Assembly: GCA_963842975.1 (NCBI GenBank)
Contig: CAWJIH010000009.1
Coordinates: forward strand, 460,310-524,309
DNA: 64,000 bases
Source: an uncultured Actinomycetes bacterium
GTDB taxonomy: Bacteria > Actinomycetota > Actinomycetes > S36-B12 > UBA10799
Direction: 5' to 3'
The notes below the pieces were generated by a model. That model was not told the DNA's origin, did no database searches, and saw nothing but the letters and a program-made list of their open reading frames with translations. Made by a program: the position numbers and the translations under genes. Positions 32,699-42,379 of the stretch are shown piece after piece (the first letter of the stretch is position 1; each line of letters starts with the position of its first letter).

Positions 32699-33019
32699 TT
32701 AGTGACCGATGAGGCTTCGGGCTTTGCTCTCGTCGGCTGGCCACACCATGACTCTGGGTCCGTCCAGGGTCTGGGCCAGCGTCGCTTTCACCCCGGCGTC
32801 TTCCAACGTGCGGCGTTGGATCTCGCCTTCGATGTAGGACTCAGGGCGGCTCACCACGACCAGCAGGCCGTAGTCGGTTTCGGCGCTAGGAGTTGGCGCT
32901 GGTGCGACTACGGACGATCCCCGGCGGGAGGACCAGCGCAGAATGAGCACCAGAACGCCGATCCCGGCAATTGCGACCAAGGGACCGAAGAAGTAGGAAT
33001 AGGACTGCCAAGCGGGCAC
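32699..33019 (-). CDS. small membrane-anchored hypothetical protein
   Basis: 106 aa with an N-terminal TM segment (FFGPLVAIAGIGVLVLIL) and a soluble C-terminal domain (DYGLLVVV...RVMVWPADESKARSL). No family assigned. Confidence 0.5.
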   Translation of the reverse strand: MPAWQSYSYFFGPLVAIAGIGVLVLILRWSSRRGSSVVAPAPTPSAETDYGLLVVVSRPESYIEGEIQRRTLEDAGVKATLAQTLDGPRVMVWPADESKARSLIGH

Positions 33020-33181
33020 GGCTTAAGTGTGGACCTCCACGCGGCCGCCCGCCAGACGAGTAGCCTCACCTGCTGCGGCGCTCAGGCGTCCGTACCTGCG
33101 GGCGGTCGCGGCTGGTGGCTTGGTTACCCTTCAGTAGGGACGATGACACCGGTCCCGCAGGGATGCATAGAAGGGCGATCG

Positions 33182-34030
33182 ATGAGCGCAGTAGCAGTTG
33201 TCGGAGCAGGCCTCATGGGTGCGGGGATCGCCCAAGTTTCGGCCGCGGCCGGGTATGACGTCACTCTGCTGGACACCACTGAATCGGCTTTGACGCGGGC
33301 GGCAGACCAAATCGCAGCGTCCTACGCCAAGTTTGTGGACAAAGGCACCATGACCGCCAGCGACCGCGACGCTGCGCTGGACCGGATCACCACCGCGACT
33401 GACTTGCACGCCGCAGATTCTGCCGACCTCATCGTGGAAGCCGTGTTCGAGAACGTGGACGTGAAGAAGGAAATCTTCACCACGCTCGACCAGGTCGCCA
33501 AGCCGGATGCCGTGCTCGCCACGAACACCTCGGCGATTCCCATCACCACCATCGCCGCGGTCACCTCGCGTCCCGAATCTGTGGTGGGTACGCACTTCTT
33601 CTCCCCGGTGCCGCTGATGAAACTCTGTGAGTTGGTGCGTGGCTACAAGACCTCCGACGAGACTCTGCAGCGGGCACGTGACTTCGCCGAAGGAGTCGGC
33701 AAGACCGTAATTGTGGTGAATCGTGACGTTGCTGGCTTCGTCACCACCCGGCTGATCTCGGCGCTGGCGATGGAAGCAGCTGCGCTGGTGGAGGCTGGTG
33801 TCGCCACCGCCGAGGATGTCGATATCGCCTGCCGCCTCGGTTTCGGCCACGCCATGGGTCCGCTGCAGACCGCAGACCTGACCGGCGTGGACATCCTCAC
33901 CAACGCCAGTTCGAATATCTACGCCGACACCCAGGACGAGAAGTTCGCGCCGCCGGAGTTGCTGCGCCGGATGGTCGCGGCAGGCGACCTAGGGCGCAAG
34001 TCCGGCAAGGGCTTCTACACCTATGACTGA
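33182..34030 (+). CDS. hbd: 3-hydroxybutyryl-CoA / 3-hydroxyacyl-CoA dehydrogenase
   Basis: Rossmann GAGLMGAGIAQ, catalytic NTS...THFFSPVP, and a C-terminal dimerisation domain ending GRKSGKGFYTY. ATG 33182 lies within track ORF 32702..34030. Confidence 0.88.
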   Translation: MSAVAVVGAGLMGAGIAQVSAAAGYDVTLLDTTESALTRAADQIAASYAKFVDKGTMTASDRDAALDRITTATDLHAADSADLIVEAVFENVDVKKEIFTTLDQVAKPDAVLATNTSAIPITTIAAVTSRPESVVGTHFFSPVPLMKLCELVRGYKTSDETLQRARDFAEGVGKTVIVVNRDVAGFVTTRLISALAMEAAALVEAGVATAEDVDIACRLGFGHAMGPLQTADLTGVDILTNASSNIYADTQDEKFAPPELLRRMVAAGDLGRKSGKGFYTYD

Positions 34031-34092
34031 GCGCCACCACCAACCACACAGCTGCCGCGCCCGGGGTGCGGTTGAGGAGGAACGAGCCAGCG

Positions 34093-36087
34093 ATGACTGA
34101 ACGCAGCAAGGACCGGCCATGGTTGATGCGCACCTACGCGGGCCACTCGTCGGCCACAAAATCCAATGAGTTGTACCGGAGGAACCTAGCCAAGGGCCAA
34201 ACCGGGCTGTCGGTGGCGTTCGATCTGCCGACCCAGACCGGCTATGACCCGGACAGCGTCCTCGCGCGTGGGGAAGTCGGCAAGGTGGGTGTCCCCGTCG
34301 CTCACGTGGGCGACATGCGGGCCCTGTTTGACTCGATCCCGCTGGGCGAGATGAACACCTCGATGACGATCAACGCCACAGCCATGTGGTTGTTGGCGCT
34401 CTACCAAACCGTGGCCGAGGAGCAGGGTGCGACGCCAGCGCAACTGCAAGGCACCACCCAGAACGACATCATCAAGGAATACCTGTCGCGCGGCACCTAC
34501 GCGTTCCCCCCAGGTCCTTCGCTGCGGTTGATCACCGACATGATCTCGTACACGGTCACCACCATCCCGAAGTGGAATCCGATCAACATCTGCTCGTACC
34601 ACCTGCAGGAAGCCGGAGCCACCCCGGTGCAGGAGATCGCATACGCGATGTCGACCGCGATCGCGGTGCTCGATGCAGTTCGTGATGCCGGCCAGATTCC
34701 GCCGGAGGAGTTTGGCCGAGTGGTCGCGCGAATCTCGTTCTTCGTCAACGCCGGCGTGCGTTTCGTCGAAGAGATGTGCAAGATGCGGGCCTTCGTGCAG
34801 TTGTGGGATGAGATCACCCGGGACCGCTACGGAGTCACCGACCCCAAACAGCGCCGATTCCGCTACGGCGTCCAAGTCAACTCGCTGGGGTTGACCGAGG
34901 CGCAGCCGGAGAACAACGTTCAGCGCATCGTGCTCGAAATGTTGGCCGTGACGCTCAGCAAGGACGCGCGGGCCCGAGCCATCCAGCTGCCGGCCTGGAA
35001 CGAGGCGCTGGGGTTGCCGCGGCCTTGGGACCAGCAGTGGTCACTGCGAATCCAGCAGGTGCTGGCCTACGAGTCGGACCTGTTGGAGTACGACGACATC
35101 TTTGCGGGCTCCACGGTGGTGGACTCCAAGGTCGCGCAGTTGGTCTCGGCTGCCAGGGAAGAAATCGATCGGGTGCAGGCAATGGGTGGCGCGGTCGCGG
35201 CCGTGGAGTCCGGCTACATGAAGCAGCAGTTGGTGTCCTCACACGCCGAGCGTCGGGCGCGTATTGAGGCCGGTCTGGACACGGTGGTGGGGTTGAACAA
35301 GTTCACCACCACCGAAGACAACCCGCTCCTCGCCGACCTGGACACGGCCATCCAGACCGTGGACCCGGCTGTCGAAGCTCAGGCAATCGCGGATGTCGAA
35401 GCGTGGCGGGCAAGCCGCGATAACGAGGCGGCGGACGCGGCGATGGCTGAACTCAAAGCCGCGGCTGTGACGGATGCCAACCTGATGTCGGCGACTCTGG
35501 CCTGCGCTCGTGCGGGAGTCACCACGGGGGAGTGGGCGCAGGCACTGCGCGAGGTGTTCGGGGAGTACCGCGCACCCACCGGTGTCGCTGGCGTCACCGG
35601 CGTGCACGAGCCCGACGAATCGATGCTGCGGGTGCGCGAGGCGGTGCGGAGCACTGGTGAGCAACTCGGCGGGAAGGTGCGCTTCCTGGTGGGCAAGCCC
35701 GGCCTCGACGGCCACTCCAACGGCGCAGAGCAGATCGCCGTACGTGCCCGGGATGCCGGGTTTGAGGTGGTCTATCAGGGCATCCGCCTCACCCCTGCCC
35801 AGATCGTGGCGGCGGCGGTGGAAGAAGACGCCGACGTCGTGGGGCTGTCGATCTTGTCCGGCTCGCACATGGAACTGGTGCCGCAGGTGGTTGCTGGATT
35901 GACCGCTGCAGGGCTGGACGATGTGCCAGTCGTGGTGGGCGGCATCATCCCGGAATCCGACGCCGAGGCGCTGCGGGGCTCCGGGGTGGCGGAGGTGTTC
36001 ACACCGAAGGACTACGACGCCAACACGATCATGCTCAAGGTGGTGCAGGCCGTCCGCTCGGCCAACAATCTGTCCCCGGTCGGTTAG
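34093..36087 (+). CDS. ecm: B12-dependent acyl-CoA mutase, MeaA/ethylmalonyl-CoA mutase type (fused catalytic and B12-binding domains)
   Basis: DRPWLMRTYAGHSSA and QNDIIKEYLSRGTYAFPP (Arg retained). C-terminal cobalamin domain with DxHxxG (GLDGHSNGA) and SILSGSH. ccr, an epimerase and meaB are in the same window. Confidence 0.8.
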   Translation: MTERSKDRPWLMRTYAGHSSATKSNELYRRNLAKGQTGLSVAFDLPTQTGYDPDSVLARGEVGKVGVPVAHVGDMRALFDSIPLGEMNTSMTINATAMWLLALYQTVAEEQGATPAQLQGTTQNDIIKEYLSRGTYAFPPGPSLRLITDMISYTVTTIPKWNPINICSYHLQEAGATPVQEIAYAMSTAIAVLDAVRDAGQIPPEEFGRVVARISFFVNAGVRFVEEMCKMRAFVQLWDEITRDRYGVTDPKQRRFRYGVQVNSLGLTEAQPENNVQRIVLEMLAVTLSKDARARAIQLPAWNEALGLPRPWDQQWSLRIQQVLAYESDLLEYDDIFAGSTVVDSKVAQLVSAAREEIDRVQAMGGAVAAVESGYMKQQLVSSHAERRARIEAGLDTVVGLNKFTTTEDNPLLADLDTAIQTVDPAVEAQAIADVEAWRASRDNEAADAAMAELKAAAVTDANLMSATLACARAGVTTGEWAQALREVFGEYRAPTGVAGVTGVHEPDESMLRVREAVRSTGEQLGGKVRFLVGKPGLDGHSNGAEQIAVRARDAGFEVVYQGIRLTPAQIVAAAVEEDADVVGLSILSGSHMELVPQVVAGLTAAGLDDVPVVVGGIIPESDAEALRGSGVAEVFTPKDYDANTIMLKVVQAVRSANNLSPVG

Positions 36088-36923
36088 CGTTCGCCGCGAC
36101 GCTGCCACTTGAACGTCGTCAGCGCCAACACCCCGCCGATCACAGTCCACAGGACCAGCACGAGGGCTACCTGGGGGAGTTCCCAGGATCCTGCCACCTC
36201 TTGAGCGGTGAAACTGTCGGGCAGGAACACCGATCGCATGCCCTGTGTGAGCCACTTCAGCGGGAACAGTGAGGCCAGTTGCTGCATCCAATCCGGCAAT
36301 TGGCTGAAAACGAAGAACACTCCCGAGGTGAACTGCAGCACGAGCACGATCGGGGTCACCAGCGCGGGGGCGCTGCGACCGTTCTTGGGCACCGACGAGA
36401 AGGCGATTCCCAGCAACGTGCAGCACACCAACCCCAGCACTGAGATCCAGCCGAAAGTGAACCATTTGAAGGCGCTCGCTGGCAGCGCCAGGCCGTAGAA
36501 GAGCATGCCAATCGCCATGAGCAGGATCACCTGCACGACGTAGATCACCACAACCATTCCGACCTTGCCCACGAAGTAGGCGGACTTGGGCATGGGGCTG
36601 CCCTCAAGGCGTTTGAGAGTGCCGTCATCGCGCTCCTGCGGGATGCCGATGGCGAGGTTCTGGAAAGAGGTATAGACCACGCCGGAGGCGATCATGCCGG
36701 CGACGAAGTACTGGCTGAACGTGACGCCGGGTGCGATCTCGGTGTTGAACACCGACCCGAACACCACCAGCAGCAGCATCGGCAACGCGAAGGTGAAGAC
36801 CGCGGCCTCCTTGTCACGGAAGAACTGACGCAGCTCAATGCCGATGCGTTTGAAGCCGATTGCGGTGGCGCTGGGCAGTGCGGCCGCGGGCCGTTTTCCG
36901 GAGGTGGTTTCGATGGTGCTCAT
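36084..36923 (-). CDS. ABC-2 type transporter permease
   Basis: 279 aa with six hydrophobic segments. Overlaps the stop of the upstream ATPase gene. Confidence 0.8.
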   Translation of the reverse strand: MSTIETTSGKRPAAALPSATAIGFKRIGIELRQFFRDKEAAVFTFALPMLLLVVFGSVFNTEIAPGVTFSQYFVAGMIASGVVYTSFQNLAIGIPQERDDGTLKRLEGSPMPKSAYFVGKVGMVVVIYVVQVILLMAIGMLFYGLALPASAFKWFTFGWISVLGLVCCTLLGIAFSSVPKNGRSAPALVTPIVLVLQFTSGVFFVFSQLPDWMQQLASLFPLKWLTQGMRSVFLPDSFTAQEVAGSWELPQVALVLVLWTVIGGVLALTTFKWQRRGER

Positions 36924-37813
36924 GCGAGCAGTTCCCCTTCCCGTGCGACGTCCTCATCCGTGCCGATTTCGGCTCCCACCAATTCCAGGTAGGTGTCCTC
37001 CAGTGTTGGTCGGCGGACGATGAGCTCGGGAACCTCGCCGCCGAACTCGGATGCCAGCCTGGTCACCAACGCCGTGGGCGATTCGGTGATTTCGGAGCGG
37101 GGGGTGCCATCGGGGCCGGACCACGTGACGGTCGCTTGACCGGCCTGCCGGCCACCGAGGCGCTCTGGCACATCGCAGGCCAGCACTCGGCCAGCCGCGA
37201 TGATCGCCACCCGATCGGCCAGCGCTTCGGCCTCCTCCAGGTAGTGCGTCGTGAGCAGGATCGTCGTCCCCTCGTCCTTGAGTGCCTCGATGAGCGCCCA
37301 GAATTGGCGGCGCGCCTCGGGGTCGAATCCCGTCGTGGGCTCGTCCAGGAACAGCACATTGGGCCGGCCAATGATCCCCAGAGCCACGTCGAGGCGGCGG
37401 CGCTGGCCGCCGGACAGGTCGGTCGAGCGGGCGTTGGCCTTCTCGGTGAGGCCCACTGCTTCAATCACCTCATCCGGATCACGGGGATCGGCGTAATAAC
37501 TGGCGAAGTGGCGCACTGCCTCGCTGACGGTGAGGTCAGTGAGATCCCGTGATGTCTGCAGCACAATTCCCAACTGCGCCCGCCAGGCCCGCGGCCGGGT
37601 GCTGGGGTCGACGCCGAGCACCCACGCTTCGCCGCCGGTGCGATCCCGGTAGCCCTCAAGGATTTCCGTGGTGGTGGTCTTGCCCGCTCCGTTGGGGCCG
37701 AGCAGCGAGAAACACTCCCCGGAGTGGATCTCCAGATCGACGCCGCGCACCGCCTCGACGTCCCCGTAGGTCTTGCGCAGGTCGATGGTTCGGATCGCGA
37801 TGTCGGATGGCAT
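36920..37813 (-). CDS. ABC transporter ATP-binding protein (DrrA-like)
   Basis: Walker A GPNGAGKTTT, signature LSGGQRRRL, Walker B VLFLDEPT. Start at MPSDIAIRT (aa 37 of the track ORF). Confidence 0.88.
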   Translation of the reverse strand: MPSDIAIRTIDLRKTYGDVEAVRGVDLEIHSGECFSLLGPNGAGKTTTTEILEGYRDRTGGEAWVLGVDPSTRPRAWRAQLGIVLQTSRDLTDLTVSEAVRHFASYYADPRDPDEVIEAVGLTEKANARSTDLSGGQRRRLDVALGIIGRPNVLFLDEPTTGFDPEARRQFWALIEALKDEGTTILLTTHYLEEAEALADRVAIIAAGRVLACDVPERLGGRQAGQATVTWSGPDGTPRSEITESPTALVTRLASEFGGEVPELIVRRPTLEDTYLELVGAEIGTDEDVAREGELLA

Positions 37814-37864
37814 GGGTCCCAGTCTGCCGGGGACGCCCCCACATTCGCCGGATAGCCTGGCCGC

Positions 37865-38563
37865 ATGCGACTGTTGATCGCGGATTGCCAGGTGGACTAC
37901 GCGGGGCGTCTTGCCGCCCATTTGCCGCTTGCTACCCGTTTGATCCTGCTCAAGGCCGACGGGTCAGTGTCGGTGCATGCCGATGACCGTGCGTACAAGC
38001 CGCTGAACTGGATGAGTCCACCCTGCACCTTGACCATCGAAGCCGGCGAGGGCGTCGGGGACTCTGCAGCGCCGGACTTCGACATCGTCTGGCGGGTGGT
38101 GAACAAGGCCGGCGAGGAGTTGCGCATCAGCATCGCCACGGTGCACGCCGATGTGAACCACGAACTCGGCCCCGATCCCGGGTTGGTCAAGGACGGGGTC
38201 GAGTCGCACCTACAGGAGTTGCTCGCGCTGCACGTGGAGACCCTGGGGGAGGGCTGGCAGTTGGTTCGCCGGGAGTTTCCGACCGCCATCGGGCCGGTCG
38301 ACTTGTTATGCCGCGACTCCCAGGGAGCGGCGGTAGCGGTGGAAATCAAACGCCGTGGGGAAATCGACGGAGTGGAACAACTCACCCGCTACCTCGATCT
38401 GCTCAATCGGGATCCGATGCTGGCGCCGGTGGCGGGGGTCTTTGCGGCGCAGGAGATCAAACCGCAGGCTCGCGTGCTCGCCGAGGATCGTGGGATTCGT
38501 TGCGTAGTGCTCGACTATGACGACCTGCGTGGCATTGACGATCCAACGCTGCGGCTGTTCTGA
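37865..38563 (+). CDS. nucS: endonuclease NucS (EndoMS mismatch-specific nuclease)
   Basis: [16 protein letters not shown]... N-terminal domain and a RecB-like C-terminal nuclease (GPVDLLCRD...AVEIKRRG). Same position as Rv1321. Confidence 0.9.
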   Translation: MRLLIADCQVDYAGRLAAHLPLATRLILLKADGSVSVHADDRAYKPLNWMSPPCTLTIEAGEGVGDSAAPDFDIVWRVVNKAGEELRISIATVHADVNHELGPDPGLVKDGVESHLQELLALHVETLGEGWQLVRREFPTAIGPVDLLCRDSQGAAVAVEIKRRGEIDGVEQLTRYLDLLNRDPMLAPVAGVFAAQEIKPQARVLAEDRGIRCVVLDYDDLRGIDDPTLRLF

Positions 38564-38658
38564 TCCGGCTGCAGGGGGTCCCGCCAGGCGTGTCGGGTCG
38601 TGATGGAACACTGGCATCAGACCGGAAGGCCGGGCAATAACTCGTTGGAGGCTAAAGC

Positions 38659-40437
38659 ATGTCGGCGATTGAATCGGTGGGGTTGGCAGGTTTCGGAACG
38701 ATGGGTTCGGGTGTTGCGGAGGTGGTCGCCCGCGCTGGAATCCCAGTGATTGCCTATGTGCCGAATCCGCGCGCCGAGGCCATTGGCCAAGCGCGCCTGG
38801 AGTTCTCCACCGAACGCGCCGTGGAGCGTGGAAAGCTCTCTGAAGAAGAGCGCCAGGCCATGTTGGCCCTGGTCACCACCACCACCAACGCCGCCGACCT
38901 CGCCAACGTCGACCTCGTGATCGAGGCCGTGCCTGAGAATCTTGCGCTGAAGAAGGAAGTCCTGGCCGAACTCGACGCCGTGGTCAAGCCGGAGGCGATC
39001 TTCGCCTCCAACACTTCTGCGCTGCGGATCACCGAAATGGCCGTGGCCACCGAACGCCCGAGTCGGGTGATCGGCATGCACTTCTTCAACCCCGCACCGG
39101 TGCTGGACTTCGTCGAACTCGTGTCCACGGTCGCGACCGACTCCGCGGTGCTTGAGGACGCCAGGCAGTTTCTGGACCGACTCGGTCGTGCCGTGGTGGA
39201 GGTCAAGGATCGGCCTGGGTTCATCGCCAACGCGCTGCTGTTCGGCTACCTCAACCACGCCGTGGCCATGTACTCCGAGAAGTACGCCTCCAGGGAGGAC
39301 ATCGACGCGGCCATGCGCTTCGGCTGCGGCTACCCGATGGGCCCGCTGGCGTTGCTGGACCTCATCGGACTCGACACCGCCTACGACGTGCTCGACGCGA
39401 TGTACCACGACACCCGCGACGTACTGCATGCCCCGGCACCGCTGCTCAAGCAGTTCGTGATGGCCGGTCGTCTGGGGCGCAAGGCCGGCGAGGGCTTCTA
39501 CACCTATGCCAGCGCCGGGTCCTCGACAGTGGTCGACGACGAACTCACCCCAGGCGCAGCCGGTGACGGTGGCGCCGATCTGCGTCCGGTTTCGCTGGTC
39601 GGTGTGGTGGGAACCGGCACCATGGCCTCGGGCATTGTCGAAGTCTTCGCAAAGTCCGGCTACGACGTGATCTTCGTCGCGCGCAGTGAAGCCAAGGTCG
39701 AGGGTGTCAAGGCCGCTGTCGCCAAGTCGCTCAACCGGGCAGTCAGCAAGGGCCGGATGACTGAGGAGGCCCGCGATGAGGTGCTGGCACGCATCACCGG
39801 CGCCACCGAACGGGAGGCGCTGGCCGACGTCGACATCGTGGTCGAAGCCATCGCCGAAGACCTCGACATCAAACTGGACCTCTTCCGCGACCTGGATCGG
39901 ATCTGTAAGCCAGGCGCGATCCTGGCCACCACCACGTCATCGTTGCCCGTGATCGCGATGGCTGCGGTCACATCCCGTCCAGCGGACGTGATCGGTATGC
40001 ACTTCTTCAACCCGGCACCGGTCATGAAACTCGTGGAGGTGGTCACCACCATTTCCACCGCCGACGATGTGACGGCCACTGTGGTGGACCTCACCACAAA
40101 GGTGCGCAAGCACCCGGTGCTCTGCGGCGACCGCGCGGGTTTCATCGTCAACGCGTTGCTTTTCCCGTACCTCAACGACGCGGTGCGCATGGTGGAGGCC
40201 CACTACGCCACCATCGACGACGTCGACACGGCAATGACCAAGGGCTGCTCTTTGCCGATGGGGCCGTTCGCCCTGCTCGATGTGGTGGGTAACGACGTGT
40301 CGCTGGCGATCCAGGAGACGCTGTACCGGGAGTTCCGTGAGCCCGGGTACGCTCCGGCGCCGATGCTTCGGGAGATCGTGACCGCGGGCTACCTGGGTCG
40401 CAAGGCGGGCCGAGGGTTCCGCTCCTACGCCCGTTAG
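38659..40437 (+). CDS. tandem-fused double 3-hydroxyacyl-CoA dehydrogenase
   Basis: Two complete Hbd-like modules in one 592-aa chain. Module 1: GFGTMGSG...NTS...GMHFFNPAP...GRKAGEGFYTY. Module 2: GTGTMASG...TTS...GMHFFNPAP...GRKAGRGFRSY. Confidence 0.85.
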   Translation: MSAIESVGLAGFGTMGSGVAEVVARAGIPVIAYVPNPRAEAIGQARLEFSTERAVERGKLSEEERQAMLALVTTTTNAADLANVDLVIEAVPENLALKKEVLAELDAVVKPEAIFASNTSALRITEMAVATERPSRVIGMHFFNPAPVLDFVELVSTVATDSAVLEDARQFLDRLGRAVVEVKDRPGFIANALLFGYLNHAVAMYSEKYASREDIDAAMRFGCGYPMGPLALLDLIGLDTAYDVLDAMYHDTRDVLHAPAPLLKQFVMAGRLGRKAGEGFYTYASAGSSTVVDDELTPGAAGDGGADLRPVSLVGVVGTGTMASGIVEVFAKSGYDVIFVARSEAKVEGVKAAVAKSLNRAVSKGRMTEEARDEVLARITGATEREALADVDIVVEAIAEDLDIKLDLFRDLDRICKPGAILATTTSSLPVIAMAAVTSRPADVIGMHFFNPAPVMKLVEVVTTISTADDVTATVVDLTTKVRKHPVLCGDRAGFIVNALLFPYLNDAVRMVEAHYATIDDVDTAMTKGCSLPMGPFALLDVVGNDVSLAIQETLYREFREPGYAPAPMLREIVTAGYLGRKAGRGFRSYAR

Positions 40438-40475
40438 TCGCGGCATCGGATCGAAGGCACTGCCACAATCTGCCC

Positions 40476-40742
40476 ATGCCCCGTCGCAACCGCCGGGACC
40501 GAGGCGAATCGAGTCCGATTCGATTCGGCGCCAATGAGTGGACCGAGTCCGGACCGCGCGGGGAGTGGACGGTGCGGGCCTTGCGCGGCAATGAAAAGGC
40601 CTATGTGTGCCCTGGGTGCAATCAGGTGATTCCAGCGTGGACTTCGCACGTCGTGGCGTGGCGCGAAGACACCTTCTTGGCCGCCGAGGGTCGTCGCCAC
40701 TGGCACACTCCGTGCTGGCGCCGAGGCGCTCACAGACGGTGA
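40476..40742 (+). CDS. small conserved hypothetical protein with a putative zinc-binding CPGC...H..C arrangement
   Basis: 88 aa and basic, with YVCPGCNQ...RRHWHTPCW. Occupies the Rv1322-like position after nucS. Confidence 0.45.
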   Translation: MPRRNRRDRGESSPIRFGANEWTESGPRGEWTVRALRGNEKAYVCPGCNQVIPAWTSHVVAWREDTFLAAEGRRHWHTPCWRRGAHRR

Positions 40743-40774
40743 TCCACTCGTCGTCGTCGGGTAGCCTGAGGAGT

Positions 40775-41533
40775 GTGGCGCAACCTTCGGAAATCACGGC
40801 GAACTCCGTGCTTCCAGCGCGACGGGAACCGCTGACGCTGGTCACCGCTGACGGTCACCGATTGATCGGTGAGGTTGCGCTGCCGGAACGGCGAGAACCC
40901 CGGGCGACGATTGTGTGTCTGCACCCGCTGCCGACCCACGGCGGCATGATGGACTCGCACGTGTTTCGCAAAGCAGCCTGGCGGCTGCCAGCGCTGGCGG
41001 ACATCGCGGTGGTCCGGTTCAACATGCGCGGCGCAGAGAGTGCCGCGGGTCGCAGCGAGGGTGAGTTTGACCACGCCGGTGGTGAAGGTCTGGACTTGAC
41101 CGCGGCCGTGGAATGGGTTGCTGGCGCGGATTTGCCTGCTCCATGGCTGGTGGGCTGGAGTTTCGGCACCGACGTGGTGCTCAAGCACGGCTTGCTCGAC
41201 GGGCTTCCCGGTGCGGTACTACTCAGCCCACCCCTGCGTTACAGCGGCGAGGCCGACCTTCGATCCTGGGCCGCTGATGGCAGGCGAATTGTGGCGTTGG
41301 TGCCGGAGCTGGATGACTTTCTCACTCCGGATCAGGCCGAGGTTCGATTTGCCCCGCTCACACAACTCGAACTGGTGGCGGCGCCGGGTGCAAAACATCT
41401 GTGGGTGGGTGAGCTGTGGGTTCGATGGGTGCTCGACACGATCGTCGCTGTGGTCGCTCCGGAGGTGACGGTTCCGCTGCCCACCGAATGGGACGGACCC
41501 ATGACGCGGCACAACGACCTGTTGGGCGGATAG
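40775..41533 (+). CDS. alpha/beta hydrolase
   Basis: CLHPLPTHGG oxyanion region and a GWSFG nucleophile elbow. GTG 40775 is preceded by GAGGAG. The track ORF from 40607 overlaps the upstream gene. Confidence 0.7.
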   Translation: MAQPSEITANSVLPARREPLTLVTADGHRLIGEVALPERREPRATIVCLHPLPTHGGMMDSHVFRKAAWRLPALADIAVVRFNMRGAESAAGRSEGEFDHAGGEGLDLTAAVEWVAGADLPAPWLVGWSFGTDVVLKHGLLDGLPGAVLLSPPLRYSGEADLRSWAADGRRIVALVPELDDFLTPDQAEVRFAPLTQLELVAAPGAKHLWVGELWVRWVLDTIVAVVAPEVTVPLPTEWDGPMTRHNDLLGG

Positions 41534-41620
41534 CCATGACACTCACCACCGGCGCAGGGTCTGGGGCGCAGGGTCTAGTTTGATTTAGATGTCCACTTTT
41601 CGGTGACCAGGAGGTACAGG

Positions 41621-42379
41621 ATGGGCGAGCGCTTAGCAAACACAAGGGTTTTGGTGACAGGAGCGTCGCGGGGAATCGGGCGAGCAATCGCCGTGACATT
41701 CGCGGCCGAGGGTGCGCACGTGATCGCGCTCGCTCGCAACGGCGAACTGCTGGCCGAGGTGGTCGAAGAGATTTCAGCGGCCGGGGGCCACGCGAGTTAC
41801 GTGGTTTGCGACGTCACCGATGCCGACGCTGTTGCGCAGACCACCGCGGCTATCGTTGCCGACGGTCCGGTGGATGTGCTGGTCAACAATGCGGGCGGCA
41901 ACTCCTTCTCCGCTCCGTTGGTGATGATGCGACCCAGTGGGTGGACGAAAACGCAAACCCTCAACGTCGACTCGACGTTCTGGATGCTGCAGGGAATCGT
42001 GCCAGCGATGGTCAAGGCTGGCCACGGATCCGTGATCAACGTGTCGTCCGTGGCAGGGCTGGCGGGCGCCCCGCTGATGGCCCACTACGGTGCGGCGAAG
42101 GCGGCGATCATCTCGCTCACCCGCAGCGCCGCCTTGGAGGTGGCATCGTCTGGAGTTCGGGTGAACGCCTTAGTGCCTGGTTGGGTGGAGACAGACTTGA
42201 CGGATTTCCTGCGCCACGATGCGTCGGTTGAATCGAGCCTGCTCGATCGGGTGCCCATGCAGCGTTGGGGGACCGCCGACGAGATCGCGGCAGCGGCGAT
42301 GTTCTTGGCCAGCAAAGAGTCGTCGTTCATGACGGGTCAGACGCTGGTGGTAGACGGCGGCCTTTCGGTGATGCCCTAG
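41621..42379 (+). CDS. SDR family oxidoreductase (FabG-like)
   Basis: TGASRGIG, NNAG and the catalytic S...YGAAK. ATG 41621 is preceded by AGGAGG. Confidence 0.88.
   Translation: MGERLANTRVLVTGASRGIGRAIAVTFAAEGAHVIALARNGELLAEVVEEISAAGGHASYVVCDVTDADAVAQTTAAIVADGPVDVLVNNAGGNSFSAPLVMMRPSGWTKTQTLNVDSTFWMLQGIVPAMVKAGHGSVINVSSVAGLAGAPLMAHYGAAKAAIISLTRSAALEVASSGVRVNALVPGWVETDLTDFLRHDASVESSLLDRVPMQRWGTADEIAAAAMFLASKESSFMTGQTLVVDGGLSVMP

Noticed and set aside
32673-33181. An rRNA operon was expected downstream of murA by analogy with M. tuberculosis.
   Set aside because: No rRNA-like sequence is present. The region holds a small membrane-protein gene on the minus strand and a short intergenic spacer before hbd.
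32702-33181. A 160-aa N-terminal extension of the hbd ORF (track ORF 32702..34030).
   Set aside because: The extension is antisense to the better-supported small membrane-protein gene and has no Hbd homology. The Rossmann motif begins right after ATG 33182.
34031-34092. Cobalamin riboswitch upstream of ecm, meaB or the IcmA-like gene.
   Set aside because: The leaders are short (about 60-150 nt) and I could not recognise a B12-box or the conserved riboswitch helices. This needs cmscan to exclude formally.
36084-36087. The 4-nt convergent overlap of the ecm and ABC-permease stop codons as a possible antisense regulatory arrangement.
   Set aside because: Tail-to-tail stop-codon overlaps are common in compact GC-rich genomes, and no additional structure was seen.
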